From positions 4,535 through 68,534 of the forward strand of contig CALWAR010000054.1 in NCBI GenBank assembly GCA_944375765.1: DNA of 64,000 nt. Direction: 5' to 3'. Of this stretch, positions 28,889 to 37,197 are shown in pieces. Below the pieces are notes generated by a model. It worked only from the letters and a program-made list of their open reading frames with translations, was not told where the DNA came from and did not search any database. The translations under genes were made by a program, and so were the position numbers. The stretch comes from an uncultured Mediterraneibacter sp. (GTDB taxonomy: Bacteria; Bacillota; Clostridia; Lachnospirales; Lachnospiraceae). Each line of letters starts with the position of its first letter. Positions within the stretch are counted from its first letter, which is position 1.

Positions 28889-30148
28889 TCAATATCTTTC
28901 TTCGGTACAGATCCCGAATACTTCTTCCTCCTCATTCATCTCCAACAGCGTCTCTTTGTCAGCCACGCAGGCAAACCCATAGACCTGCAGTCCGTTTTCC
29001 CGGATATAGTCTGCTGCCTCAGCGTACGTTTCCCCGGCCTGCTGTCCCGTCATTTTAAGGAATTCATCCTGTTCAGACATATAGTCCAGCATCACGGCAA
29101 CGTGCTCTGCCGCAAATGTTTCATCTTTTATCTTCTCCTCGACTTCATCCCATTCTGATGGATCATCAAAAGACCAGAGTATCAGGTTCGGGTATTTCTC
29201 ACGATCCCACTCCAGCGTCGAAGACTGTCCCCTCTGAACATAAAATCCCAGATCCGCAGGGCGTCCGACAGGCATATAGATCCCTTCCGCTGTCCTTGGC
29301 ACACACCAGATGTCCGCCGCCCGGTCAGCGTATTTCTCCTTGAATCCGATGAAGTCCTCATAAGACAGAATCTTATCCAGAGTCACATATGCAAGATAAT
29401 ATCTGTTGTCATCCAGCAGATTCAGATATTCTGCAGACTGCTCTTTGCTTTCCGGCGTATAGGCAAAACTTCCCACTCCTTTTTCTACTTGTTCTGTCAA
29501 GGTATCCTCCCTGTCCATGTTCATCTGAAACCAGCCGAATCTGTTTGCAGACGGCATATTGAGCAGATTGATATCATACAGTCTGAGCGCGTCTTTCTCT
29601 ACCTGTCCTGCCACATGATGGAATTCCCCGCTCCTGCTCACGCTCTGATAAATATTGATATCATAATTTCCGTATCCTCTGTCTTCCACCTGTACATTAT
29701 CTCTGTAAGCGCCCGGCAGGGCGAGTTCCGTATACACCGCCAGATCGAGACTCATCTGATTTGTCGTCCCTCCATTACTGCTTTCTCCCACAATCCGGCT
29801 CGGATCATAATAAAAAGACGAGACAACATGCGGAAGCACAAACAGGATCAAAAGGACAACGATCAGCGTCACGGCGCAGACTGCCGCTCCCATCTTCAGG
29901 AACGCCCGCCGGATCGCGCGGTTCACACGCTTCGTGAAATCATCTGCCGCATTTTTTTCTTTTCTGGCGGGCTGTATCTCAGAGTCTGCCTGCATTTCCC
30001 CGGGATCCTGTAAGATATCCTCCTCTTCCTTTTCAAACAGATACTCGCTGATCGCTTCGTGCCGTTCGATATCCCGCTCCACCATCTTCCGCTGCTCTTC
30101 TTTGAGTTCTTTCTTTTTATAAAGTTCCAGCAATTCATAATATTTCAT
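28889..30148 (-). CDS. Putative anti-sigma factor (single-pass membrane protein)
   Basis: 419 aa with a short cytoplasmic N-terminus, one TM (AAVCAVTLIVVLLILFVLPHVV) and a large extracytoplasmic domain. It overlaps the ECF sigma gene by 14 nt. Confidence 0.65.
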   Translation of the reverse strand: MKYYELLELYKKKELKEEQRKMVERDIERHEAISEYLFEKEEEDILQDPGEMQADSEIQPARKEKNAADDFTKRVNRAIRRAFLKMGAAVCAVTLIVVLLILFVLPHVVSSFYYDPSRIVGESSNGGTTNQMSLDLAVYTELALPGAYRDNVQVEDRGYGNYDINIYQSVSRSGEFHHVAGQVEKDALRLYDINLLNMPSANRFGWFQMNMDREDTLTEQVEKGVGSFAYTPESKEQSAEYLNLLDDNRYYLAYVTLDKILSYEDFIGFKEKYADRAADIWCVPRTAEGIYMPVGRPADLGFYVQRGQSSTLEWDREKYPNLILWSFDDPSEWDEVEEKIKDETFAAEHVAVMLDYMSEQDEFLKMTGQQAGETYAEAADYIRENGLQVYGFACVADKETLLEMNEEEEVFGICTEERY

Positions 30149-30680
30149 AACCGTTCACCTCCATTATCCTGCGCAGTTCTCTCTTCGCCCGCATACTCAG
30201 AATCCTTGCATTTTCATAAGATATCCCCATGATTACAGCCGCCTCTTTCAGAGTAAACTGTTCAAAATAGCTTAAGATCAGTATTTCCCGCTTTCTCGTA
30301 TCCAGAGAAAGAATGGCATGCTTAAGCATATCGCTTTCTTCTTTCTTAAGCGCCTGTTCTTCCGGATTCCCATCAGATATACCATCAGGGCCTTCCATTC
30401 CGCCTGTTTCTCTTTTTTCCAGATCTTCCGAATATATCTGTCTTTTCTGCTTTTTCATTTCATTGAGCAGAAGATTCCTGCCCACCATATAGAGCCACGC
30501 CCGGGCATTTACATGACTTGAGGGAAGTGAGATGAGGGCTTTGCAGAATACGTCTTGCATGATATCCTCAGCCATATCCCTGTTTCTGCATATGGTATAT
30601 AAATATCTGTATATGTCCTGTCCGTATCTGTGATACAGCTCTTCCAGCAGTTCCTTTTCCAATCCCTCACCCCCGCGCAT
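30135..30680 (-). CDS. ECF-type RNA polymerase sigma-70 factor
   Basis: 181 aa with region 2 (DMAEDIMQDVFCKA) and a region 4 HTH (FTLKEAAVIMGISYENARILSMRAKRELR). Confidence 0.9.
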   Translation of the reverse strand: MRGGEGLEKELLEELYHRYGQDIYRYLYTICRNRDMAEDIMQDVFCKALISLPSSHVNARAWLYMVGRNLLLNEMKKQKRQIYSEDLEKRETGGMEGPDGISDGNPEEQALKKEESDMLKHAILSLDTRKREILILSYFEQFTLKEAAVIMGISYENARILSMRAKRELRRIMEVNGYEIL

Positions 30681-30738
30681 GTTATCCTTTCTGCTAATAT
30701 AACATCCGGGATATATAAACTGTTACACTTTTAAAAAA

Positions 30739-30787
30739 AGCGAACTTTAATAACCCTTTTCCACAAAAAGGGTTATTAAAGTTCGCT
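30739..30787. terminator. Perfect 22-bp hairpin flanked by A7 and T5 (bidirectional terminator or insulator)
   Basis: AGCGAACTTTAATAACCCTTTT-CCACA-AAAAGGGTTATTAAAGTTCGCT. Confidence 0.75.
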
Positions 30788-30835
30788 ATTTTTGCGGAAA
30801 CAGAATAAAGAGGAGAATATTTTGTATTAAAACGG

Positions 30836-30856
30836 CAAAAAGATGCTGCCGCATCT
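30836..30856 (-). terminator. Terminator of the two-component operon
   Basis: On the minus strand, the AGATGC-GGCA-GCATCT hairpin is followed by TTTTT. Confidence 0.6.
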
Positions 30857-30902
30857 ATGATTTTCTAATCATTGATGCGACAGCCCCAGTTCTTCTTTAT
30901 CA

Positions 30903-31598
30903 CTATACTTTGAACCTGTACCCCACGCCCCAGATCGTTTCGATATACTGCGGGTGCGACGTATCATACTCGATCTTCTCCCTGATCTTCTTGATATGCA
31001 CGGTCACTGTGGCAATATCTCCGATCGATTCCATATCCCATATCTCACGGAACAGCTCCTCTTTCGTGTACACATGGTTCGGATGGCTGGCAAGGAACGA
31101 AAGCAGATCAAACTCTTTTGTCGTAAACGACTTCTCCTCCCCGTTTACCCATACACGCCTCGCCGTCGTATCGATCTTAAGGCCGCGGATCTCGAGCACT
31201 TTGTTCTCCTCTACATTGCTTCCGATCAGCCTCTCATAACGTGCAAGATGGGCTTTCACCCTGGCTACCAGTTCGCTCGGGCTGAAAGGTTTCGTCATAT
31301 AATCGTCTGCGCCCAGTCCAAGACCTCTGATCTTATCGATATCGTCCTTTTTGGCCGACACCATAATGATCGGAGTGTTTTTCTGATCCCGGATCTGCCT
31401 GCAGATCTCAAAGCCGTCCACTCCCGGAAGCATCAGATCAAGAATGATCAGATCGAAGTCCTCATCCAGCCCTTTCCTGAGTCCCGTGTCGCCGTCATTT
31501 GCCACCTGTACCTGAAAGTTGCTCAGTTCCAGATAGTCTTTCTCAAGATCAGCGATGCTCTCCTCATCCTCAATGATCAAAATACGCTTACTCATCAA
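30903..31598 (-). CDS. OmpR-family response regulator
   Basis: Receiver domain (DLIILDLMLPGVDG) and a winged-helix C-terminus (IETIWGVGYRF). Confidence 0.93.
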   Translation of the reverse strand: MMSKRILIIEDEESIADLEKDYLELSNFQVQVANDGDTGLRKGLDEDFDLIILDLMLPGVDGFEICRQIRDQKNTPIIMVSAKKDDIDKIRGLGLGADDYMTKPFSPSELVARVKAHLARYERLIGSNVEENKVLEIRGLKIDTTARRVWVNGEEKSFTTKEFDLLSFLASHPNHVYTKEELFREIWDMESIGDIATVTVHIKKIREKIEYDTSHPQYIETIWGVGYRFKV

Positions 31599-32643
31599 TA
31601 GGTACCTCCTGATATTTTCTGATCACAAAATACATTGTCGTACCAGCGCCCTCATCACTGGTGCCCCAGATATTCCCTCCGTGCTCCTCGACGATCTTTT
31701 TTACTATGGAAAGGCCGATGCCGCTGCCTCCTTTCGACGAATTCCTCGAAGCATCCGTGCGGTAGAACCTGTCAAAAATATACGGCAGATCTTTTGAAGC
31801 GATCCCCTTTCCGTTGTCGCCCAGCTCGACCTGGACAAAATCTCCCACATCCTTTACTTCCATCGTGATCTTCCCGTTTGGCTTGTCCATATATTTCAGG
31901 GAATTCGATACGATGTTGTTGATAACTCTCCTTAACTGCTCCGGATCTACAATTACTTTACAGTCGCTTTCCATAGCGTTTCGATAACTGAAAGCAATTC
32001 CTTTTGCCTCGAGCTCCATATGGAGATCCTCCGCACAGTCCTCGAAATAGCCCTGCGCAGAGATCGTCGCGAAATTATACGGAATCCTGTTCGTATCGAT
32101 CTTTGAATACAGAGTCAGTTCATTTATGAGAAGATCCATCTCATTAGCCTTATTATATATGGTCTTGATATATCTGTCCATCTTTTCCGGCGTGTCTGCC
32201 ACGCCGTCCATGATACCCTCCACATATCCCTTGATCGCCGTAATCGGAGTCTTCAGATCATGGGATATATTGCTGATTAGTTCCTTGTTCTCACGGTCGA
32301 ACCGGACCTTCTCCTCCGCATTCGCTTTCAGGCGCAGGCGCATCTCTTCAAAATCCTGGCAGAGCTGTCCGATCTCGTCGTCTGACTCCTGCCTGACCTC
32401 AAAATCAAGATTGCCCTCCTTGATATTACGGGCTGCTTTCTGCAGTTTCGTCAGCGGTACGGACACAGACCTGTAGATCCAGTAGATCAGAAGCGCGGTA
32501 GTAAAGAATACAAGCATCATGTAGAGCTGCAGTACCTCGCCGCCCTCTCTGCTCCCGGTCATACGGACCGCCACAGCCATGAAGATCATCGGCAGGATCA
32601 TAACTACTACGAACACAATGATCAGTTTTGTTCTGAGTTTCAC
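31588..32643 (-). CDS. Sensor histidine kinase (intramembrane-sensing type)
   Basis: Two N-terminal TMs with almost no extracellular loop, a HAMP domain, the H-box SHDLKTPIT, and the G-box GGSGIGLSI. Confidence 0.9.
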   Translation of the reverse strand: MKLRTKLIIVFVVVMILPMIFMAVAVRMTGSREGGEVLQLYMMLVFFTTALLIYWIYRSVSVPLTKLQKAARNIKEGNLDFEVRQESDDEIGQLCQDFEEMRLRLKANAEEKVRFDRENKELISNISHDLKTPITAIKGYVEGIMDGVADTPEKMDRYIKTIYNKANEMDLLINELTLYSKIDTNRIPYNFATISAQGYFEDCAEDLHMELEAKGIAFSYRNAMESDCKVIVDPEQLRRVINNIVSNSLKYMDKPNGKITMEVKDVGDFVQVELGDNGKGIASKDLPYIFDRFYRTDASRNSSKGGSGIGLSIVKKIVEEHGGNIWGTSDEGAGTTMYFVIRKYQEVPIDE

Positions 32644-32744
32644 AGGCAGCTCACACTCCTTTTCTTTTCATATGAAATATATTCTACAAATATTTCTTTT
32701 CCCCGTCAACCTTACACGGCCTTTATTTAGTCTTTAATCTGCAT

Positions 32745-32793
32745 AAAAGAAGCGCTGCGGTTTCATCTCTTTATGAACGAACCTGCAGCGTTC
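32745..32793 (-). terminator. metK terminator
   Basis: On the minus strand, an imperfect stem of about 12 bp (AACGCTGCAGGTT / AACCGCAGCGCTT) is followed by a U-run. Confidence 0.5.
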
Positions 32794-32835
32794 CTGTTTC
32801 TTTAATTTTCTCTCTTAATAATAATCCATAATAAT

Positions 32836-34023
32836 TTACAGATAATTTTTCAGATCGTCAGCCTTATCCAGCCGCTCCCACGGCAGTTCCAGATCCGTGC
32901 GTCCAAAATGGCCGTATGCTGCTGTCTGTTTATAGATCGGTCTGCGCAGATCCAGCATTTTGATGATACCTGCAGGCCGAAAGTCAAAATTCCCGCGAAT
33001 GATCTCTACGAGTTCTGCATCCGGCACTTTTCCTGTCCCAAACGTCTCTACAGAGACTGACGTCGGTTTTGCCACTCCTATCGCATAAGAGATCTGTATC
33101 TCACAGCGTTTTGCAAGTCCCGCCGCCACGATGTTCTTCGCTGCATATCGTGCGGCATATGCGGCAGATCGGTCCACTTTCGTGCAGTCTTTCCCCGAAA
33201 ACGCCCCGCCGCCGTGACGCGCCATGCCGCCGTATGTATCGACAATGATCTTTCGTCCCGTCAGACCGCTGTCCCCATGCGGTCCGCCGATAACAAACCT
33301 TCCGGTCGGATTGATAAAAAATTTCGTATTATCGTCCGCCATCCCCGCAGGAATGATCTCGTCAAATACATATTTCTTTATATCCTCATGGATCTGCTCC
33401 TGCGTCACATCCGTATCGTGCTGCGTCGAAAGAACGACCGCGTCCAGACGTTTCGGTATATGGTTTTCGTCATACTCTACTGTGACCTGCGTCTTCCCGT
33501 CCGGACGGAGATAGGGAAGCGTGCCGTTCTTTCTCACCTCTGTCAGACGGCGGGACAGCTTGTGTGCCATTGCAATCGGATAAGGCATGTACTCTTCCGT
33601 CTCATCGGACGCGTAGCCGAACATCATACCCTGATCTCCTGCTCCGATCGCTTCGATGTCATCCTCAGACATCGTATGTTCTTTCGCCTCAAGCGCCTTG
33701 TCCACACCCATGGCAATATCTGCCGACTGCTCGTCGATCGTTGTGATCACACCGCATGTATCCGCATCAAATCCGAATTTTCCTCTCGTATATCCGATCT
33801 CACGCACTGTATCGCGGACGATCTTCGGGATATCGACATATGCTTTTGTGGTGATCTCACCCATGACCATTACCATGCCCGTAGTACAGCATGTCTCACA
33901 CGCCACACGGCTCATCGGATCCTGAGCCATCAGGGCGTCCAGGATCGCATCGGAGATCTGATCGCACATCTTATCCGGATGTCCCTCGGTAACTGACTCA
34001 GACGTAAACAATAATTTTTCCAT
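32836..34023 (-). CDS. metK: S-adenosylmethionine synthetase
   Basis: [24 protein letters not shown] and GGGAFSGKD motifs. Confidence 0.97.
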   Translation of the reverse strand: MEKLLFTSESVTEGHPDKMCDQISDAILDALMAQDPMSRVACETCCTTGMVMVMGEITTKAYVDIPKIVRDTVREIGYTRGKFGFDADTCGVITTIDEQSADIAMGVDKALEAKEHTMSEDDIEAIGAGDQGMMFGYASDETEEYMPYPIAMAHKLSRRLTEVRKNGTLPYLRPDGKTQVTVEYDENHIPKRLDAVVLSTQHDTDVTQEQIHEDIKKYVFDEIIPAGMADDNTKFFINPTGRFVIGGPHGDSGLTGRKIIVDTYGGMARHGGGAFSGKDCTKVDRSAAYAARYAAKNIVAAGLAKRCEIQISYAIGVAKPTSVSVETFGTGKVPDAELVEIIRGNFDFRPAGIIKMLDLRRPIYKQTAAYGHFGRTDLELPWERLDKADDLKNYL

Positions 34024-34182
34024 ACAACAAAAACTCCTTTCTTTCTGTGCCCCATCCCCGCATATGCAGAAACAGGCCGGTTCAACTTTCTCCTCTGGCT
34101 TGTCGCAAACGATCGGACAGGAAAAAATTCTTTTCCCCTGTCCGCCGCGATACCGCGGCCAGCTTATCGCTCAAAAAAGGCA

Positions 34183-34330
34183 GCCCGCAAAAGCGGACTG
34201 CCGATATCTGTCACAACAATCCTCTTATTGTTCGATCGCTCGCTCAGGTTGGCACCTTCCTGCTAAAGGGGTTGCCGCAGCTTCACAGATCCTTTGTATC
34301 TCCACTGCTCTGAATAAGAGAAAGTATTCA
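34183..34330 (-). promoter_or_regulatory. SAM-I (S-box) riboswitch with expression-platform terminator
   Basis: On the minus strand: CTCTTATTCAGAGCAGTGGAGATA...GTGAAGCTGCGGCAACC...GGTGCCAACCTGAGC...AACAATAAGAG. This is followed by GGCAGTCCGC-TTTT-GCGGGCTGCC plus T6 (34183-34212). It lies upstream of metK. Confidence 0.92.
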
Positions 34331-34364
34331 TGATTTAATTTTGTTCCCGATAAAACTTTACAGC

Positions 34365-34393
34365 GTATATCTGAAAATGTCAATAGTGATTTT
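34365..34393 (-). promoter_or_regulatory. metK and S-box promoter
   Basis: On the minus strand: TTGACA (34393-34388), a 17-nt spacer, then TAAAGT (34370-34365). Confidence 0.5.
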
Positions 34394-34498
34394 TCATTCG
34401 TGCCTGTTGTAACGGCCTGCCCTCTATGCCGGCAGTTTTTCGCTCTTGAGATCTTCCGGCAGTTTTCTGAGCTCTGGAATCTGGCCGGCCGCAGACGC

Positions 34499-35791
34499 TT
34501 AGCTGACTTTCAGCCTGAACTTCTGCGCTTCTTTTTCGTTCGTCACTTTCTCGATCACACCGCCGAGACTTCTGAGCTTCTCCTCGAAGCGCTCATAGCC
34601 TCTCTGTATATAGACGATATCATCCACGATCGTGATGCCGTCCGCTGCGAGTCCCGCGATACACAGAGCCGCTCCCGCCCTCAGGTCAGGCGCGCTCACC
34701 CTCGCTCCTGAGAGGATATCCACACCCTCGATCGTCGCAGAGTTGCCCTCTGCTTTCACCCGCGCGCCCATTCTTGCCAGTTCGGCAAGATACTTGAAAC
34801 GGTTCTCGAAGATACTCTCTGTGATCGTACTCGTCCCTCTTGCCAGTGCGAGAGCCACTCCGATCTGAGGCTGCATGTCCGTCGGATATCCGGGATATGG
34901 AAGTGTCTTTACCTGGGTGCTGCGCAGACGCCCTTTTGCTACTACACGCACTGCATCGTCAAACTCTTCGACCTCACAGCCGATATCGATCAGCTTCGAG
35001 AGCGTCGCGTCCAGATGCTTGGGGATCACATTCATGACCGTGACGTCCCCCTTGGTGGCCGCCGCAGCGAACATAAACGTCCCCGCCTCAATCTGATCCG
35101 GAATGATAGAATATTCTGTCCTGTGAAGAGACTGTACGCCTCTGATCCTGATAATGTCTGTCCCCGCGCCTCTTATATTGGCCCCCATACTGTTCAGGAA
35201 GTTTGCCACATCAACGACATGCGGTTCTTTAGCGACATTTTCCATGATAGTGACGCCATCGGCCATAGCCGCAGCCATCATCACATTGATCGTCGCGCCC
35301 ACACTAACGACGTCAAAATAGAGATGTGTTCCCCTGAGATGCTCAGACTCGGCAACGATCTTGCCGTACTCGATATCCACGTCGGCTCCAAGAGCCCGAA
35401 AGCCCTTCAGATGCTGGTCTATCGGTCTGCTCCCGATATTGCATCCTCCGGGCAGAGCTACTTCTGCATGTTTGTACTTTCCGAGAAGAGCCCCCAGCAG
35501 ATAGTAGGAAGCCCTGATCTTCTTGATATAATCGTACTCAATGTTAAAATCACTGATCGTACTGCCATTGATCTTAACTGTGTGTCTGTCAACTCTCTGC
35601 ACCATCGCTCCGATCTCACTGATCGCCTCGAGCATAACATTAACGTCGTTGACATCCGGCAGATTGTCGACCAGCACGGTCTCATCCGTCATGATCGCCG
35701 CTGCCAGGATTGCGAGAGCCGCATTTTTGGCGCCGCCTATCTCCACTTCTCCCACCAGTGGATTGCCGCCTTTGATCATATATTGCTCCAT
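34499..35791 (-). CDS. murA: UDP-N-acetylglucosamine 1-carboxyvinyltransferase
   Basis: MEQYMIKGGNPLVGEVEIGGAKNA N-terminus, with the active-site Cys in LPGGCNIGSRPID. The start was trimmed from the 457-aa ORF. Confidence 0.95.
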   Translation of the reverse strand: MEQYMIKGGNPLVGEVEIGGAKNAALAILAAAIMTDETVLVDNLPDVNDVNVMLEAISEIGAMVQRVDRHTVKINGSTISDFNIEYDYIKKIRASYYLLGALLGKYKHAEVALPGGCNIGSRPIDQHLKGFRALGADVDIEYGKIVAESEHLRGTHLYFDVVSVGATINVMMAAAMADGVTIMENVAKEPHVVDVANFLNSMGANIRGAGTDIIRIRGVQSLHRTEYSIIPDQIEAGTFMFAAAATKGDVTVMNVIPKHLDATLSKLIDIGCEVEEFDDAVRVVAKGRLRSTQVKTLPYPGYPTDMQPQIGVALALARGTSTITESIFENRFKYLAELARMGARVKAEGNSATIEGVDILSGARVSAPDLRAGAALCIAGLAADGITIVDDIVYIQRGYERFEEKLRSLGGVIEKVTNEKEAQKFRLKVS

Positions 35792-35971
35792 TTTGCACCT
35801 CGACTTTGATCTTATTATCTTATTTGTAGTTCCCCTCTGTATCTTCAAGCCTGACTCATCTTGTCCGTGCAAGGAAATTCTTTCCGCCGCACTTTGTACG
35901 ACCAGTATACCACAAAAGAAGTTATTTTTGAATTCCCAACTTTCAGAATCCCTTATATACTCCTGACCAAC

Positions 35972-36535
35972 TCAATATTTTAGTTCTCTTTTTACGGTAT
36001 TGTCAAGTTTTTTCCTGGATTCTGTCCTTTTTTTATATTTTCTTACCGCATTGAGTACATTTTTTATTGTATCTTCTATGCGGCATCCATCCTCGCACAC
36101 TGTGATGTCAGCATATTTCTCAAAGTACGGCACACGCTCGTAATAGAGGTCTTTCAGGCTCTGTCCCTCTTTCAGGACGACGCCCCGCTTTTTCGGATTG
36201 CGTATCCGCTTTTTTATTGTCTGATAAGATGCTTTTAAATATACGATCGTTCCTATATTTTTATAATGCTTCATCGCGTTTTCACAGTAGATCACGCTCC
36301 CACCCGGAGATATGACGGAGTTCTTCGCTTTCACAGAAGCGTTGACCTGATCCTCTATCTTCAGGAAACCTTCCAGTCCCACATCGTCTATGATCTCACG
36401 GAGCAGCTTGTGTTCCTGCTCCTGTATCAGAAGATCAGTATCGATAAAATGCATTCCCAGGCGCTTTGCCACCACGATCCCCACCGTGCTCTTTCCCACA
36501 GCGGGCATGCCGATAAAAATCAGATTTTTCTTCAT
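35972..36535 (-). CDS. aroK: Shikimate kinase
   Basis: P-loop GMPAVGKST and about 187 aa from MKKNLIF. The longer ORF extension lacks an RBS. Confidence 0.8.
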   Translation of the reverse strand: MKKNLIFIGMPAVGKSTVGIVVAKRLGMHFIDTDLLIQEQEHKLLREIIDDVGLEGFLKIEDQVNASVKAKNSVISPGGSVIYCENAMKHYKNIGTIVYLKASYQTIKKRIRNPKKRGVVLKEGQSLKDLYYERVPYFEKYADITVCEDGCRIEDTIKNVLNAVRKYKKRTESRKKLDNTVKRELKY

Positions 36536-36657
36536 AGTATACTCTCTCTTCATCGTATATTTCGGGAATTTTGTCCGATTGCACATCACAGAGCGCCGCC
36601 GTTGTACGGAGACGCTCTTCTTTATTCCCCGCAGACAGTATACCACGAATCTGTAAG

Positions 36658-37125
36658 TTAGTAAAATCTCCTGCATCTTCTCCTGTGGTCGCATCTGCGT
36701 TTATACAATTCCTGATAGAGCATTACTTCTATGAGATCCCTTACGGATCTCTCAACTTCGCCCGCCGTAATGCCTCCGGCGCTGTTCTCACTGATCCTGG
36801 TTTCTCCTGCATCCTCCTCTCTGCTTCCGCCGTCTCCCGCACGGCCGTCCATATATCCTGCAAACAGTTTCCTTTCATGCCTGAGCGCATTGTCACAGGC
36901 CCGCCTGCACATCAGTTTGAGCTGCAGTTTATCAGGATACTGATCATATACCATACTGTTCTCGTATTCCATGCGGTCGCACTCTTCTTCCACATAGGGC
37001 AGGAGCCGCTTCGGGATATCCGGATACATACTCTTCAGATATTCAAGATCCATCCGCTCGGTCCTCTCATCGTCATATGAAAACGGAGTCGGATACGCCA
37101 TATAGTAAGGCAGTTTTTCATTCAT
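36658..37125 (-). CDS. Hypothetical protein with a Cys/Arg-rich C-terminus
   Basis: 155-aa ORF. No family recognised. Confidence 0.5.
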   Translation of the reverse strand: MNEKLPYYMAYPTPFSYDDERTERMDLEYLKSMYPDIPKRLLPYVEEECDRMEYENSMVYDQYPDKLQLKLMCRRACDNALRHERKLFAGYMDGRAGDGGSREEDAGETRISENSAGGITAGEVERSVRDLIEVMLYQELYKRRCDHRRRCRRFY

Positions 37126-37197
37126 GGGCTGTTCACTCCCGGATTGACATTATATGAACAGTATATGCCGGAAGCCGGATCGCGGTGACTGTACCCT

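Noticed and set aside
30681-30738. ECF-type autoregulated promoter (TGTAAC -35-like box) upstream of the ECF sigma gene.
   Set aside because: There is no CGTC or CGTA-like -10 element at the expected spacing of 16-17 nt. The evidence is too weak to annotate.
34427-34476. Direct repeat CCGGCAGTTTT (twice, 27 nt apart) and a weak plus-strand hairpin with a T-run between murA and the metK promoter.
   Set aside because: The stem is only 5 bp, there is no plus-strand gene to terminate, and short repeats of this size can arise by chance. It is noted but not considered a feature.
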